Of a stretch of DNA of 64,000 bases, positions 19,927-30,208 are shown one piece after another. The stretch lies in assembly GCA_024280895.1 (NCBI GenBank), contig JAJRPI010000014.1, forward strand, positions 20,893 through 84,892, in the 5' to 3' direction. The notes below the pieces were generated by a model. It was given only the letters and a program-made list of their open reading frames with translations. It had not been told where the DNA came from and ran no database searches. Position numbers and translations under genes: made by a program. Numbering within the stretch: the stretch's first letter is position 1; each line of letters begins with the position of its first letter. Source of the stretch: Alphaproteobacteria bacterium. GTDB taxonomy: Bacteria > Pseudomonadota > Alphaproteobacteria > Rhizobiales > JAKIUO01.

Positions 19927-20007
19927 GATGAGGAAAAATAAACGCTCAAGCCTTGCTATGGTGATTCAGTAAGTTCATTCTAGTTTATTTTTAATAAGAG
20001 ATTTTAA

Positions 20008-20748
20008 ATGAGTAGATTTGACAATCGAAAATCATGGATTTTTGTATCACATTCCAGCGACGATCTTGTTCAGGTCCGTCAAGTACGAAATTATCTGGAA
20101 AAAAAAGGAGCATCACCTCTGTTATTTCATTTACTTTCACTCGAGAACCCGGAGCAGTTTTGGCCGATAATTGAAAAAGAAATCGCATCGCGAAATTTTT
20201 TTCTTTACTGTGATAGCCAATCGGCAGCTACAAGTGAATGGGTTCAAAAAGAAAGAGCATTGGTTCAATCATTCGCGAAAAAGAAACCTGTTCGCATAGG
20301 ACAAATCAATGTTGAGCAAACAGAAATTGACCAAAAAGGGCTCGACAGCTTTTTAGAAAAAACTCGTGTTTTTCTTTCCTATTCCCAACATGACCGAGCC
20401 AATATTGAGACATTTATACCGACACTTGAGGAATCTGGTTTTCAAATATTCTCCGATTTTGACCTAGCAACAGGTGAGGACCATTGCATAAGAATTGCAC
20501 ATGAATTGAAACTTGCTGCTTCTTTTGGATGGGTCGTTATTTTTCTCTCAAATTCCTCAAGGAAAAGCTTGTTTGTTAGGGACGAAATTAATGAAGCCCA
20601 TTCCTTGGGTGCTACAGTCGTTTATGTTATGATTGATAACCCACATATTCCACTTGGGTTACCAACTGCAAAAACTCTTGATGCTATCAACGAACCTTTG
20701 ACAGCACCCAAACGTCTTGCAGAGCTACTTCTTTCCCTACCAGTTTGA
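20008..20748 (+). CDS. tandem TIR-domain protein
   Basis: Two TIR-like starts (IFVSHSSDD; VFLSYSQHD), each followed by an S..(W/F)V..E motif (SEWVQKE; SLFVRDE). Visibly AT-rich. Confidence 0.8.
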   Translation: MSRFDNRKSWIFVSHSSDDLVQVRQVRNYLEKKGASPLLFHLLSLENPEQFWPIIEKEIASRNFFLYCDSQSAATSEWVQKERALVQSFAKKKPVRIGQINVEQTEIDQKGLDSFLEKTRVFLSYSQHDRANIETFIPTLEESGFQIFSDFDLATGEDHCIRIAHELKLAASFGWVVIFLSNSSRKSLFVRDEINEAHSLGATVVYVMIDNPHIPLGLPTAKTLDAINEPLTAPKRLAELLLSLPV

Positions 20749-20777
20749 CCATTCATATCTCAGCCAGGCAAGGCCCT

Positions 20778-20869
20778 GTAGCCGAGTAGAGTATTCACCC
20801 CGTCTGGGCGTTCAAACTTACCTCACTTCAAGCATGAACCCTGCGGACGGGGTAAATACCCCCTCCGGC
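20778..20869. repeat. decayed GTAG-type REP doublet
   Basis: GTATTCACCCCGTCTG (20791) is an inverted match (14/16) to CGGACGGGGTAAATAC (20844); preceded by GTAG. Confidence 0.6.
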
Positions 20870-20928
20870 ATTTGGAACCAGTCGACCAACCGTTTGTTAT
20901 GTGTTACCGATTCCCAACAATCTCTAGG

Positions 20929-21047
20929 CTTACCCCCCTCACCCCGACCCTCTCCCCGTGGGAGAGGGAGTAAGAAGCAAAACACCTCAAAATCGAGTTC
21001 CTCTTATTCCCTCTCCCATGGGGAGAGGGTTAGGGTGAGGGGGTAAG
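20929..21047. repeat. CCCTCACCC..CCCTCTCCC..GGGAGAGGG inverted-repeat pair (BoxC-like)
   Basis: CCCCCTCACCCCGACCCTCTCCCCGTGGGAGAGGG and its inverse CCCTCTCCCATGGGGAGAGGGTTAGGGTGAGGGGG. Confidence 0.85.
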
Positions 21048-21167
21048 ATTTCGTATTTGAATATAAGACCAACCAACTGCACCATCTCTCGGTTTCCTTG
21101 TACCGATGCAGACCAGTTCAACCCACCCGCCCTTGCCAATCTCCCCGCGCGCTTGTACTTCTGCCCC

Positions 21168-22631
21168 ATGGCCAAACGCGCAAAGAAAACAGGGAATAAA
21201 AATCCCGACCGAATGCTCTTGAAAATGCGCCAGCATATTGAGGCCCTTGGCCTCACGCAGAAGAGTTATTTCGACTGGTGCTGGACAAACGGTTTTTATG
21301 ACAGCCTGGATAAAAGTGATGCTGATCGTGCTTCTGAGGCAGCTTTTCACCAGCAGGTATTGGCGCGCAACGCCGCGATCGACAAAACTTTGCGCGATCC
21401 TAAAAAACTCATTGCCCACGCCTGCGCCGGCAAAATGCACCCCCATGAATTAACGCGCCTCAAATGGTCGGCTTTTTGCCAAAGTGTGCAGAATTCTGAT
21501 AGCGGTGCCAAGCGGCGAAAAACTCTGGAAGAGCTGCTGCTGGTGGTCAATGAACGCGCCGACTTTTTGTTCGAGCAACTGGAGATCGGCGGACAGATCG
21601 TTCATTATGTCGATGCCTTGATCATCCTCAACGATCATCGCCGTCAATGGATAAGGCCTCTCAAAGACTGGCGCCCCGGCAAGCATAATCGCAAGCTCCA
21701 GTTCGGCTCGCTGTTGCGTCATCTGTTGGCGAAATATCCCGTGCCCGCTTTCATGGATAGCGTCTGGTTTCCAAGGCATGTCGATGGCCAGGAATATCGT
21801 GACTGGTTTGTGCATATTGGCTGCGGTCGACACATCCGCTGCGCTACCAGACTACCTTTCGCGCTGACCAAACGCATGGCCCATCAGTTCCTTCTTGCCC
21901 CTGACGCCTACAATATCGTACAGGCCCTGTACTGGGCGCAGATACACGGGCTGGGGGGAGATCGCCGCCTCACCGAAGCGGTGCTGGTCACCCAAATCGG
22001 TGAAACCTTTGCGCATCAGGAATTCTGGCGCACGGTGCTGGTTTTTTTCGTCAATAATCCCTTGCTTGACCGGCGCCATGTCGGGCCGATCATTGATTAT
22101 CTGCAATTTCAGAAATTCACCGTGCAAGAGATCATGGTCGCCCCCGAAGTCATTGACACCATTCAGCCACCCCAACCCAACCTCACAATGCAGGGCCGCA
22201 CGCCAGCCGCTTTACTGCGGCAAGTAGAGGAATGGCACGTCGAGCTTAATCGCTCAAACAATGCACACGGGCTGATATTTGCCCCCGCCGGATATAAACC
22301 TTTTGAGAAAAAACATGGGGAGGAGGTCTGGACCATTATCGAGCTGCTTAGCGGCTCCGATCTCGTCAAGGAAGGTAACGCTCTTAGCCATTGTGTGGCC
22401 ACTTACGCATATAGCTGCGCACAAGGCTATTGCTCGATCTGGACGATGACGTGCGTTCGCAAAAACAAGGCACACAAGCTTTTGACCATCGAGGTGCAGC
22501 GCCACGGCATGATTGTGCAGGTGCGCGGCAAAAACAATAGAGAGTGCACCCGCAGCGAACTCGACCTGATCCACCAATGGGCAACAAAAGCCGGTCTCAC
22601 CATCGACAATTATGTGGAGTTAATCGAATGA
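21168..22631 (+). CDS. PcfJ domain-containing protein
   Basis: C-terminal IIELLS..DL..EG.AL.HCVATY...C..G..SIW....LLTIEV......QVRGKNNR. Start refined to ATG 21168. Confidence 0.8.
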   Translation: MAKRAKKTGNKNPDRMLLKMRQHIEALGLTQKSYFDWCWTNGFYDSLDKSDADRASEAAFHQQVLARNAAIDKTLRDPKKLIAHACAGKMHPHELTRLKWSAFCQSVQNSDSGAKRRKTLEELLLVVNERADFLFEQLEIGGQIVHYVDALIILNDHRRQWIRPLKDWRPGKHNRKLQFGSLLRHLLAKYPVPAFMDSVWFPRHVDGQEYRDWFVHIGCGRHIRCATRLPFALTKRMAHQFLLAPDAYNIVQALYWAQIHGLGGDRRLTEAVLVTQIGETFAHQEFWRTVLVFFVNNPLLDRRHVGPIIDYLQFQKFTVQEIMVAPEVIDTIQPPQPNLTMQGRTPAALLRQVEEWHVELNRSNNAHGLIFAPAGYKPFEKKHGEEVWTIIELLSGSDLVKEGNALSHCVATYAYSCAQGYCSIWTMTCVRKNKAHKLLTIEVQRHGMIVQVRGKNNRECTRSELDLIHQWATKAGLTIDNYVELIE

Positions 22632-23494
22632 ACGTCAAGGACGAGACCACGCAGCTCCCTAACTGCCATCCCATGTTCCGGGGCGCGCCCTCAAGCGTCA
22701 CTTTCAAGAAACTGCGCAAGCGTTTGTTGCGACAGATGCGCGAGGCGCTTGGTGATTTTTCGATGATTGAACCGGGCTCTAAATGGCTGGTCTGCCTGTC
22801 AGGCGGTAAAGATAGCTATGGATTGCTGGCATTGCTGGCGGATTTGAAATGGCGCGGGCTGTTGCCGGTTGAGCTGATTGCTTGTAATCTTGATCAGGGA
22901 CAACCAGGTTTTCCAACCGATATTTTGCCAAGTTTTCTCGATAAAACCGGTATTCCCTACCGCATTGAACGCAAAGACACCTACACTATCGTCAAGGAAA
23001 AAATTCCTGTCGGTGGCACCACCTGCTCGCTATGCTCGCGCTTGCGCCGTGGTCATCTTTACCGCATTGCCCGCGAGGAAAAATGCACCCATATCGTGCT
23101 TGGCCATCATATGGATGATTTGCTGGAGACGTTTTTTCTCAACCTGTTTCATGGCGGCCAGCTCTCCACCATGTCGCCAAAACTTAAAAATGATGTGGGC
23201 GACCTCATCGTCCTGCGTCCCCTTGCTTATACATATGAAAAAGATCTGGAACGCTTTGCGCAAGCCCTTGAGTTTCCCATCATCCCTTGCAATCTGTGCG
23301 GCTCACAGGAAAATCTACAAAGAGTGGTAGTGCGAAAAATGCTTGAGAGTTGGGAGCGCCAGACCCCCGGGCGCAAAAGCGTCATGGCCAAGGCTTTGAG
23401 CAATGTGCACCCCTCTCATTTGCTCGACCCCAAATTGTTCGATTTTGCCCGGTTTGAGCATCTTGGCATCGCCCCTTTGGAGGAAATGCTCTAG
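22628..23494 (+). CDS. ttcA: tRNA 2-thiocytidine(32) synthetase
   Basis: PP-loop [33 protein letters not shown] overlap with the PcfJ gene. Confidence 0.97.
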   Translation: MNVKDETTQLPNCHPMFRGAPSSVTFKKLRKRLLRQMREALGDFSMIEPGSKWLVCLSGGKDSYGLLALLADLKWRGLLPVELIACNLDQGQPGFPTDILPSFLDKTGIPYRIERKDTYTIVKEKIPVGGTTCSLCSRLRRGHLYRIAREEKCTHIVLGHHMDDLLETFFLNLFHGGQLSTMSPKLKNDVGDLIVLRPLAYTYEKDLERFAQALEFPIIPCNLCGSQENLQRVVVRKMLESWERQTPGRKSVMAKALSNVHPSHLLDPKLFDFARFEHLGIAPLEEML

Positions 23495-23602
23495 CGCTAA
23501 TTTAAAATGATACCAAGTTTGACTTGTAATTTTATATCGCAAACCCCTAATATATGGCTGAGTGAACATAAATGCAGGTAAAGACCCGGGAGCGCCACTT
23601 AT

Positions 23603-23836
23603 ATGCCCATGGAACAAAGCGAAATCGAACAGCTGATAAAAGCGGCTATACCAGACGCCCAAATCGAACTGGTCGACACCGCTGGTGACAATGATCACTG
23701 GTCCGCAAAGGTTATATCTGAACAGTTTCGTGGCAAGTCACGTGTGCAACAGCACCAGATGGTCAATAAAGCCTTTGGCGACAAGCTGGGCACCACCTTG
23801 CACGCACTGGCGCTTTCAACGGCGACACCCGACTGA
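23603..23836 (+). CDS. bolA: BolA family protein
   Basis: GDNDHW, FRGKSRVQQHQMV, LHALAL; adjacent to grxD. Confidence 0.92.
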   Translation: MPMEQSEIEQLIKAAIPDAQIELVDTAGDNDHWSAKVISEQFRGKSRVQQHQMVNKAFGDKLGTTLHALALSTATPD

Positions 23837-23884
23837 ACTGCAGATCAATCACAATCAAAACAGCCAAGAAAAAAAGGAAATGAC

Positions 23885-24232
23885 ATGAGCGAACAAGAGA
23901 TCCATGACTGGATTGGCAAAACCCTCACAACCAATGATGTGGTGCTGTTCATGAAGGGCTCGCACCAGATGCCACAATGTGGTTTTTCCGGCCTGTGCGT
24001 GCAAATTCTCGATCATCTGGGCGTCAATTTCAAAGACGTCAATGTGCTTGACGATATGGGTATTCGCGATGGCATCAAGACTTTTTCTGACTGGCCAACC
24101 ATTCCCCAGCTCTATATCAAAGGCGAATTTGTTGGCGGTTCCGATATCGTCAAGGAAATGTTTCAAGCCGGTGAATTGCAACAATTGATGCAAGACAAAG
24201 GCGTGGCGATCACCAACACCGCGCAAGCCTAA
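23885..24232 (+). CDS. grxD: monothiol glutaredoxin Grx4
   Basis: LFMKG, CGFS, WPTIPQLY, GGSD. Confidence 0.96.
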   Translation: MSEQEIHDWIGKTLTTNDVVLFMKGSHQMPQCGFSGLCVQILDHLGVNFKDVNVLDDMGIRDGIKTFSDWPTIPQLYIKGEFVGGSDIVKEMFQAGELQQLMQDKGVAITNTAQA

Positions 24233-24263
24233 AACTTTGCACGCATAGAATTTGAAGATCAAG

Positions 24264-24305
24264 AAAACTCCAGGTGGCTGCTCCATAAGCTCTCTGGAGT
24301 TTTTT
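24264..24305 (+). terminator. intrinsic terminator after grxD
   Basis: AAAACTCCAG...CTGGAGTTTTTT. Confidence 0.6.
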
Positions 24306-24542
24306 GTTGTGTTACGCCCCCTTCAAGAATTAAAGACGGGGCCAAGCGGTTTTTTGGTATGGGCGGGCAGTTCAGCTTTAAATCTCCAATTCCCCCTGCT
24401 AAATCGACTTCGATTAATCTTGCACCCTGACATTCGCTCATTGGACTTGCATTTTCCACCTAAAACGCCATATTTTAGAGATGGGTCATGTGCTTGTTAC
24501 CCAGAAGGATGGCACTTGCAAAAAGGGATGATTGTTTAAAAA

Positions 24543-25085
24543 ATGAATGCGACGCGCCGCTCAATCTTTCTCGAAATGCTGATGGCGAGTGCTGCATTAT
24601 GTCTCCTGCTTGGCTTGACCCTACCGGTGGTCAAACTGACCTGGCTGTATTTTTTTGACAACAGACACTCCATCATCTCGATTATCTGGGTGCTTTTTCA
24701 GGATAAGGAATGGTTACTTTCTGGTGTCCTCATTATTTTTAGCGCCTTGTTTCCCCTCACAAAATTATCCTATTTGATGGTTTTGTATTTCCGGCGTCTG
24801 AACGATATTTTGCCTAGTAAAAAGCTCTTATATATCCTGTCCTGGCTGGGGCGCTGGTCTATGCTTGATGTGCTGGTTCTGGCCCTCATTGTCTTTTACA
24901 CCAAGCAAACAGGGGTCGCCGATGCGACGGTTTTACCGGGCATCTATTTCTTTGCGGTCTCTGTACTGCTTACCATGTGGGCCTCCGAACTTGCCGAACA
25001 GCAATTTCATGATCTGCGCGTCAAAACCCAAAACATCCGCGACGAGACCGTCACGCTCATCGAGGATCAGCGCACGAGATCATAG
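24543..25085 (+). CDS. paraquat-inducible protein A (PqiA) family membrane protein
   Basis: Four TM segments, FS.LFP..K, GRWSMLDV, PGIYFF. Confidence 0.85.
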   Translation: MNATRRSIFLEMLMASAALCLLLGLTLPVVKLTWLYFFDNRHSIISIIWVLFQDKEWLLSGVLIIFSALFPLTKLSYLMVLYFRRLNDILPSKKLLYILSWLGRWSMLDVLVLALIVFYTKQTGVADATVLPGIYFFAVSVLLTMWASELAEQQFHDLRVKTQNIRDETVTLIEDQRTRS

Positions 25086-25173
25086 CGCAAGACCTGGTTT
25101 TTAGTTTTAATTGAACATTGTCACCTGTATGGATTATACTTCGTCAATATTCTCCTGCAACCGGACCAAGCCA

Positions 25174-25797
25174 TTGAAAAATTTAATTATTTCGACTTTG
25201 TTATTTTCGGTGCTGGCCCAAGATCATGCTCACGCCTGTACGCTCAAAAACGCTCAGGATCAATTTGCGACCTTGAACAAACTATTCCAGATCTATCAGC
25301 AAGAGCGAACTTCATATTTGAGTAAAGGCCAAGAGATCTCCGGCGATCTTCAGAGCAAACAGCTTGAATTATCAACGGCCACCGCTGATATCCGCAAACT
25401 ATTTGCCCTCGCGGTTGAAAACAAACCGGATATGAAAGCGGATGATCCGGTCGGCATTGAAATTTGCGATCGATATGAGCAATTGATGAACACTCATGCC
25501 CCTGCTTTAAAAATCAAACGCACCATCGCTCTTGTTTTGCCCGTTACAGAATCTGAAAAAGAAAAGCCTGCGGTCTGTGTCAAAAACAATATCCGAAAAA
25601 GGTTCGGCATCGCCGTGCGCAAACAGCGCAAGCTCTCCATCGCTGGCAAGATCAATCGAAAAGAGCAGATTGCTTATATGAACATCGCCTCCAAATTTAT
25701 TAAAAACGCCAAAAGCAACTTCCAGCAAGCCTGCCAAAATCTGCATGAATATGAAAAACATCTGGCCAGCGAGAAAAGCGACCAACCAGAGGGCTAA
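25174..25797 (+). CDS. hypothetical exported helical protein
   Basis: Signal peptide ending AHA if started at TTG 25174; four Cys in the mature part. Confidence 0.65.
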   Translation: MKNLIISTLLFSVLAQDHAHACTLKNAQDQFATLNKLFQIYQQERTSYLSKGQEISGDLQSKQLELSTATADIRKLFALAVENKPDMKADDPVGIEICDRYEQLMNTHAPALKIKRTIALVLPVTESEKEKPAVCVKNNIRKRFGIAVRKQRKLSIAGKINRKEQIAYMNIASKFIKNAKSNFQQACQNLHEYEKHLASEKSDQPEG

Positions 25798-25815
25798 GCA
25801 GCGAACAATGGCTCC

Positions 25816-26772
25816 TTAAAGCTCCTTTGAGAGCACCTTTTGATAGAGATCCATATCAACATTGCCGCCCGTCAAGATCCCCCCGACCCGCTTGCCTTGC
25901 AATTGCTGGCGCTCGCTCATCAATCCCGCCAGAGCCGCCGCTCCCGCCCCCTCAGAGATATTATGGGTATGGGTATAATAGAGACGCATTGCGCGCGCGA
26001 TTTGCTCATCAGATACTTCTATGACGCGCTCGGCCCCTTGAAGAATGATCTCCAGAGCTTGCGGATGCGGAATACGCACGGCCAAACCATCAGCGAACGT
26101 ATTAACAGAATTTGTAGCAGTCACAGTGCCAGCCTTGAATGACAAGGCATAGGCGTTGGCATTATTTGAAACCACCCCAACAATTTTGGTTTTCAAGCCC
26201 ATTAAATCGCGAATACCGATCAGCGAACAAATCCCCGACCCCATGCCAATCGGCACATAAACGGTATCAAGCTCACCGGCTGTCTCAAAAAGCTCGGCCC
26301 CATAAGTCGAGACCCCGTGCACGAGTTCAGGTATGAACGAGCCGATCAAATCAAGCTCACGCTCAGCGGACAAGTCCACCGCATGATCGAACGCCTCATT
26401 AAAATCACCGCCATGTTCGATAAGCGTCGCGCCAAATGCCTCCATGGCCCTGTTTTTCTCAACACTGTTGCCTTTGGGGATGACAATCGTCACGGGAATA
26501 TCATATTGACGGGCCGCAAAGGGCAGGCTCTGGCCATGATTGCCACGCGTCGCACTGATGATACCGTTGGTAAGCCCTGCCTGCTGGCGCCTGGCCATCA
26601 AAACAAGCCCCCCACGCGCTTTAAAAGCCCCAATAGGTGTATGGTTCTCGTGCTTCACCCACACCTCAACCCCGGTATGCTCCTTCAGCAGTGGCCATGG
26701 CACCTGCATGGTGGGGCTCATGCTCGCATAAACAATCTCGCGCGCTTCGTTTAATTGTTCACTGGTGATCAT
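25816..26772 (-). CDS. threonine dehydratase-like PLP enzyme (fold type II)
   Basis: KHENHTPIGAFKARG, ATRGNHG, PIGMGSG, TGGN. Confidence 0.9.
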   Translation of the reverse strand: MITSEQLNEAREIVYASMSPTMQVPWPLLKEHTGVEVWVKHENHTPIGAFKARGGLVLMARRQQAGLTNGIISATRGNHGQSLPFAARQYDIPVTIVIPKGNSVEKNRAMEAFGATLIEHGGDFNEAFDHAVDLSAERELDLIGSFIPELVHGVSTYGAELFETAGELDTVYVPIGMGSGICSLIGIRDLMGLKTKIVGVVSNNANAYALSFKAGTVTATNSVNTFADGLAVRIPHPQALEIILQGAERVIEVSDEQIARAMRLYYTHTHNISEGAGAAALAGLMSERQQLQGKRVGGILTGGNVDMDLYQKVLSKEL

Positions 26773-26791
26773 TGTCTATCCTTTGGTCATA

Positions 26792-26956
26792 AATGCCCTC
26801 GCCGGGCGGCAGCCTGTTCAGCTGGAACCAAAGGCGAGCCCTTGGAACCCGAAGTGGGAGATTGACACCCTACATCCATTTCTCTCATCCATAAATTGGG
26901 GTTTGAGGATTAGTCCCCAACGCTGTCCGCGCAGGACGCCGCGCGGCAAGCGCATT
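26792..26956. repeat. 165-bp MITE-like element with imperfect terminal inverted repeats
   Basis: Left end AATGCCCTCGCCGGGCGGC against right end (reverse complement) AATGCGCTTGCCGCGCGGC, 16/19; internal REP-like hairpins. Confidence 0.65.
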
Positions 26957-28274
26957 ATTTCGCCAGCTTGCCCCACATATCATAATCATTAGCGTCGGTC
27001 AGTTCGACCCGCACCATATCGCCCGGCGACAGCTTGCCGCCATCATCTATAAACACATTGCCATCCACTTCAGGCGCATCCCAGCTGGAGCGCGCGATCG
27101 CCCCTTGCTCGTCGGCACTATCAACAATCACGTCGACGGTTTTACCGATGCGGGAGGACAAAACTTGCGCACTAACCTCTTGTTGCACTTCCATAAAGCG
27201 TTCATAGCGCTCTTTCTTGATTTTTTCGGGAAGCTGATCTTTGAGCGCGTTCGCAGGCGCTCCGGCCACATCTTCATAGGTAAAGCAGCCAACCCTTGTC
27301 AGCTTGGCCTCTTTGAGCCAATCAAGCAGCATTTCGAAATCGGCATCGGTTTCACCGGGGAAGCCGACAATAAAGGTCGAGCGCACCGCAAGGTCTGGCA
27401 CCTCAGCTCGCCATTTATGCAAGCGCTCCAGCATTTTTTCCTTATCGCCGGGGCGTTTCATGGCTTTTAGCAAGCGCGGGCTGGCATGCTGAAATGGCAC
27501 GTCCAGATAGGGCAAAATGCGTCCCTCGCTCATCAGCGGCAAAAGCTCGTCAACATGGGGATAGGGGTAGACATAGTGCATGCGGATCCAGATGCCCAGA
27601 TCGCCAAGCGCGTCGGCAAATTCTGTGAGACGGGTTTTCACCTCACGCCCCCGCCATTCATCCATTTTGTATTTTATATCAACGCCATAAGCGCTGGTGT
27701 CCTGCGAGATGATCAACAGCTCCTTGACGCCGGCATTGGCCAGTTTTTCAGCCTCGCGCAGAACTTCGCCAACGGGGCGGCTGACCAGCTTGCCGCGAAT
27801 TTGCGGGATGATGCAAAACGAGCAGGAATGATTGCAGCCTTCTGAAATTTTCAAATAGGCATAATGGCGCGGTGTCAGCTTCAAGCCGCCCGGCGGCATC
27901 AAGATCTGTTTGGGATCGGCAAGGGGCGGCAGCGCTTTATGCACGGCCCTGATCACCTCTTCATAGCGATGCGGCCCGGTGACGGCCAGCACATCAGGAT
28001 ATTTCTCGCGAATCATAGGTTCGGCCAGCCCCAGACATCCCGTGACAATGACTCGGCCATTTTCGTTGATCGCCTCGCCAATGGCATCCATGCTCTCAGC
28101 CCGCGCGCTATCAAGAAATCCGCATGTATTGACGATGACCAAATCAGCCCGTCCATAGTCAGGAGCTATTTCATAGCCCTCCGAGCGCAGACGCGTAATG
28201 ATACGCTCACTGTCCACCAGCGCCTTGGCGCAACCCAGACTGACGAGGCCAATTTTATTTGTTTTTTGTTCCAT
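26955..28274 (-). CDS. rimO: ribosomal protein S12 methylthiotransferase
   Basis: [17 protein letters not shown], radical-SAM motif CNHSCSFC, C-terminal TRAM (DAPEVDG). Confidence 0.97.
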   Translation of the reverse strand: MEQKTNKIGLVSLGCAKALVDSERIITRLRSEGYEIAPDYGRADLVIVNTCGFLDSARAESMDAIGEAINENGRVIVTGCLGLAEPMIREKYPDVLAVTGPHRYEEVIRAVHKALPPLADPKQILMPPGGLKLTPRHYAYLKISEGCNHSCSFCIIPQIRGKLVSRPVGEVLREAEKLANAGVKELLIISQDTSAYGVDIKYKMDEWRGREVKTRLTEFADALGDLGIWIRMHYVYPYPHVDELLPLMSEGRILPYLDVPFQHASPRLLKAMKRPGDKEKMLERLHKWRAEVPDLAVRSTFIVGFPGETDADFEMLLDWLKEAKLTRVGCFTYEDVAGAPANALKDQLPEKIKKERYERFMEVQQEVSAQVLSSRIGKTVDVIVDSADEQGAIARSSWDAPEVDGNVFIDDGGKLSPGDMVRVELTDANDYDMWGKLAK

Positions 28275-28434
28275 AAGGCGCTTTGTGCACAGGCGCACAG
28301 GCCGCAGTCAAGTTCGATTTATTGAAGTTTGCCCCATCGCCATATTAAGTAATACTCTTTGACTGGATTCCAATGCCGAAAAGTGTAGGATGCGGCAAAG
28401 TTCTAACGAATATCGCAAATGGGATGGGGTGCAT

Positions 28435-29259
28435 ATGACTGCAACGGGAAATCTGATGGCTGGCAAGCGCGGCCTGATCATGGGGGTCGCCAATAAAATG
28501 TCGATTGCCTGGGGTATCGCGCAGGCGTTACACCGCGAGGGGGCACAAATCGCTCTCACCCATCAAGGTGGTCCACTGGAAAAACGTGTGCGCCCGCTCG
28601 CCGAACAGTTGGGATCAGATATTGTTATCGAATGTGATGTCTCGAACGAAGCTTCATTAGATGCCGTTTTTACGGAACTGAAGGAAAAATGGGGCAAACT
28701 CGATTTCGTCGTACATGCCATTGGTTTTTCTGATAAAAACGAGCTAAATGGCCGTTATGTCGACACCTCGGCAGATAATTTTGCACAGACCATGCAAATC
28801 TCCGTCTACTCGTTCACGGCAGTTGCGCAACGCGCCGAAAAGCTCATGAGTGATGGTGGCTCCATGTTGACGCTGACCTATTATGGCGCCGAAAAAGTCA
28901 TGCCGCATTACAATGTCATGGGAGTTGCTAAAGCCGCCCTTGAAGCCAGCGTGCGCTATATGGCGGAAGACCTTGGCAAGCAAAATATTCGCGTCAATGC
29001 CATATCGGCTGGTCCCATCAAGACTTTGGCCGCCTCGGGCATCTCCGATTTTCGCTATATTTTGAAATGGAACGAATATAATTCTCCACTACGGCGCACG
29101 GTTTCGATTGAAGAAGTCGGCGATGCCGGACTTTATCTTTTGTCCGATCTGTCGCGGGCTGTGACCGGCTGCATCCATCATGTTGACAGCGGCTATCATG
29201 TCGTTGGCATGAAGGCGGAAGATGCCCCCGACATCAGTGTCGAGCAAAAAAAGTCCTGA
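28435..29259 (+). CDS. fabI: enoyl-ACP reductase
   Basis: GVANKMSIAWGIA, YNVMGVAKAALE, ISAGPIKTLA. Confidence 0.98.
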   Translation: MTATGNLMAGKRGLIMGVANKMSIAWGIAQALHREGAQIALTHQGGPLEKRVRPLAEQLGSDIVIECDVSNEASLDAVFTELKEKWGKLDFVVHAIGFSDKNELNGRYVDTSADNFAQTMQISVYSFTAVAQRAEKLMSDGGSMLTLTYYGAEKVMPHYNVMGVAKAALEASVRYMAEDLGKQNIRVNAISAGPIKTLAASGISDFRYILKWNEYNSPLRRTVSIEEVGDAGLYLLSDLSRAVTGCIHHVDSGYHVVGMKAEDAPDISVEQKKS

Positions 29260-29279
29260 GTACGGGGCTGATTAATACA

Positions 29280-29861
29280 ATGAAACCAACACTATACCTC
29301 ATACGACACGGACAAACCGACTGGAATGCCAAGGGCCGCTTGCAGGGGCAAACGGATATCCCGATGAATGCGCTTGGGAAATCACAGGTCGAGGGAAATG
29401 CCAAAAAGCTCAGCGAGCTCAGCGCCGATCTGCAAAGTTTTGATTTTGTTTCCAGCCCTATCAACCGGGCGCGTGAAACCATGAAACTGATCCGTAAATC
29501 CCTTGGCCTGCCGATCGAGGATTTCCAAATGGACGACCGCTTGAAAGAGCTCAACTATGGCGAATTTTCCAGCCATACGTGGGAAGAATTGCGCGAGGCT
29601 CGCCCGCAAGATGTGATGGACCGGTTTGATGATACCTGGGGCTATGTCATTCCAGCTGGCGAATGTTATGCCATGCTCTCTAAACGCGTTCTCGACTGGT
29701 TTCATGAGTTGGAGCGCGACACCATCGTCGCCGCCCATGCCGGTGTCAGCCGCGTCCTGCAAGGCTATTTCGCCAAATGCCCCGAAAATTACGTGGCCTT
29801 TCTGGATGCCCCGCAAGACCGTGTTTTGGTCATCCACGGGCAAGAAGTGAGTTGGTTGTAA
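29280..29861 (+). CDS. histidine phosphatase family protein
   Basis: RHGQT, SSP..RA.ET, AHAG. Confidence 0.9.
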   Translation: MKPTLYLIRHGQTDWNAKGRLQGQTDIPMNALGKSQVEGNAKKLSELSADLQSFDFVSSPINRARETMKLIRKSLGLPIEDFQMDDRLKELNYGEFSSHTWEELREARPQDVMDRFDDTWGYVIPAGECYAMLSKRVLDWFHELERDTIVAAHAGVSRVLQGYFAKCPENYVAFLDAPQDRVLVIHGQEVSWL

Positions 29862-29956
29862 ACATTGGCGCAGTTGACGACAACTCATCAAATTGTGTTC
29901 CCTTGCCGATACGGGTTAATCTGCAAGAGTTTCGCTTTTGTGGCTCCTTGCAAGAC

Positions 29957-30145
29957 CGCTTAAGATGGATCCTCGACAAATACGCGGGTTGAAACCGTGT
30001 CCCGAAAAAAATCTTGGCCGCATATTTTCAAGGATGACAAAGGGTGGAATTCTCACCGCTCGTCATCCTTGAAAATTTACGGCCCGGATTGTCCTGTTAT
30101 TGAATGGCCCTGCCCCGTAAATTTGTCGAGGATCCATCTTGAGCG
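29957..30145. repeat. long nested palindromic element made of two back-to-back GTCATCC...GGATCCA units
   Basis: CGCTTAAGATGGATCCTCGACAAAT pairs with ATTTGTCGAGGATCCATCTTGAGCG; inner TTTTCAAGGATGAC pairs with GTCATCCTTGAAAA. Confidence 0.8.
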
Positions 30146-30208
30146 ATCGACTACCTTGCCGCTCAATGAGCGGCTCGCAAGCAAACCGCGCCCCCAAACA
30201 AGGAAAGA

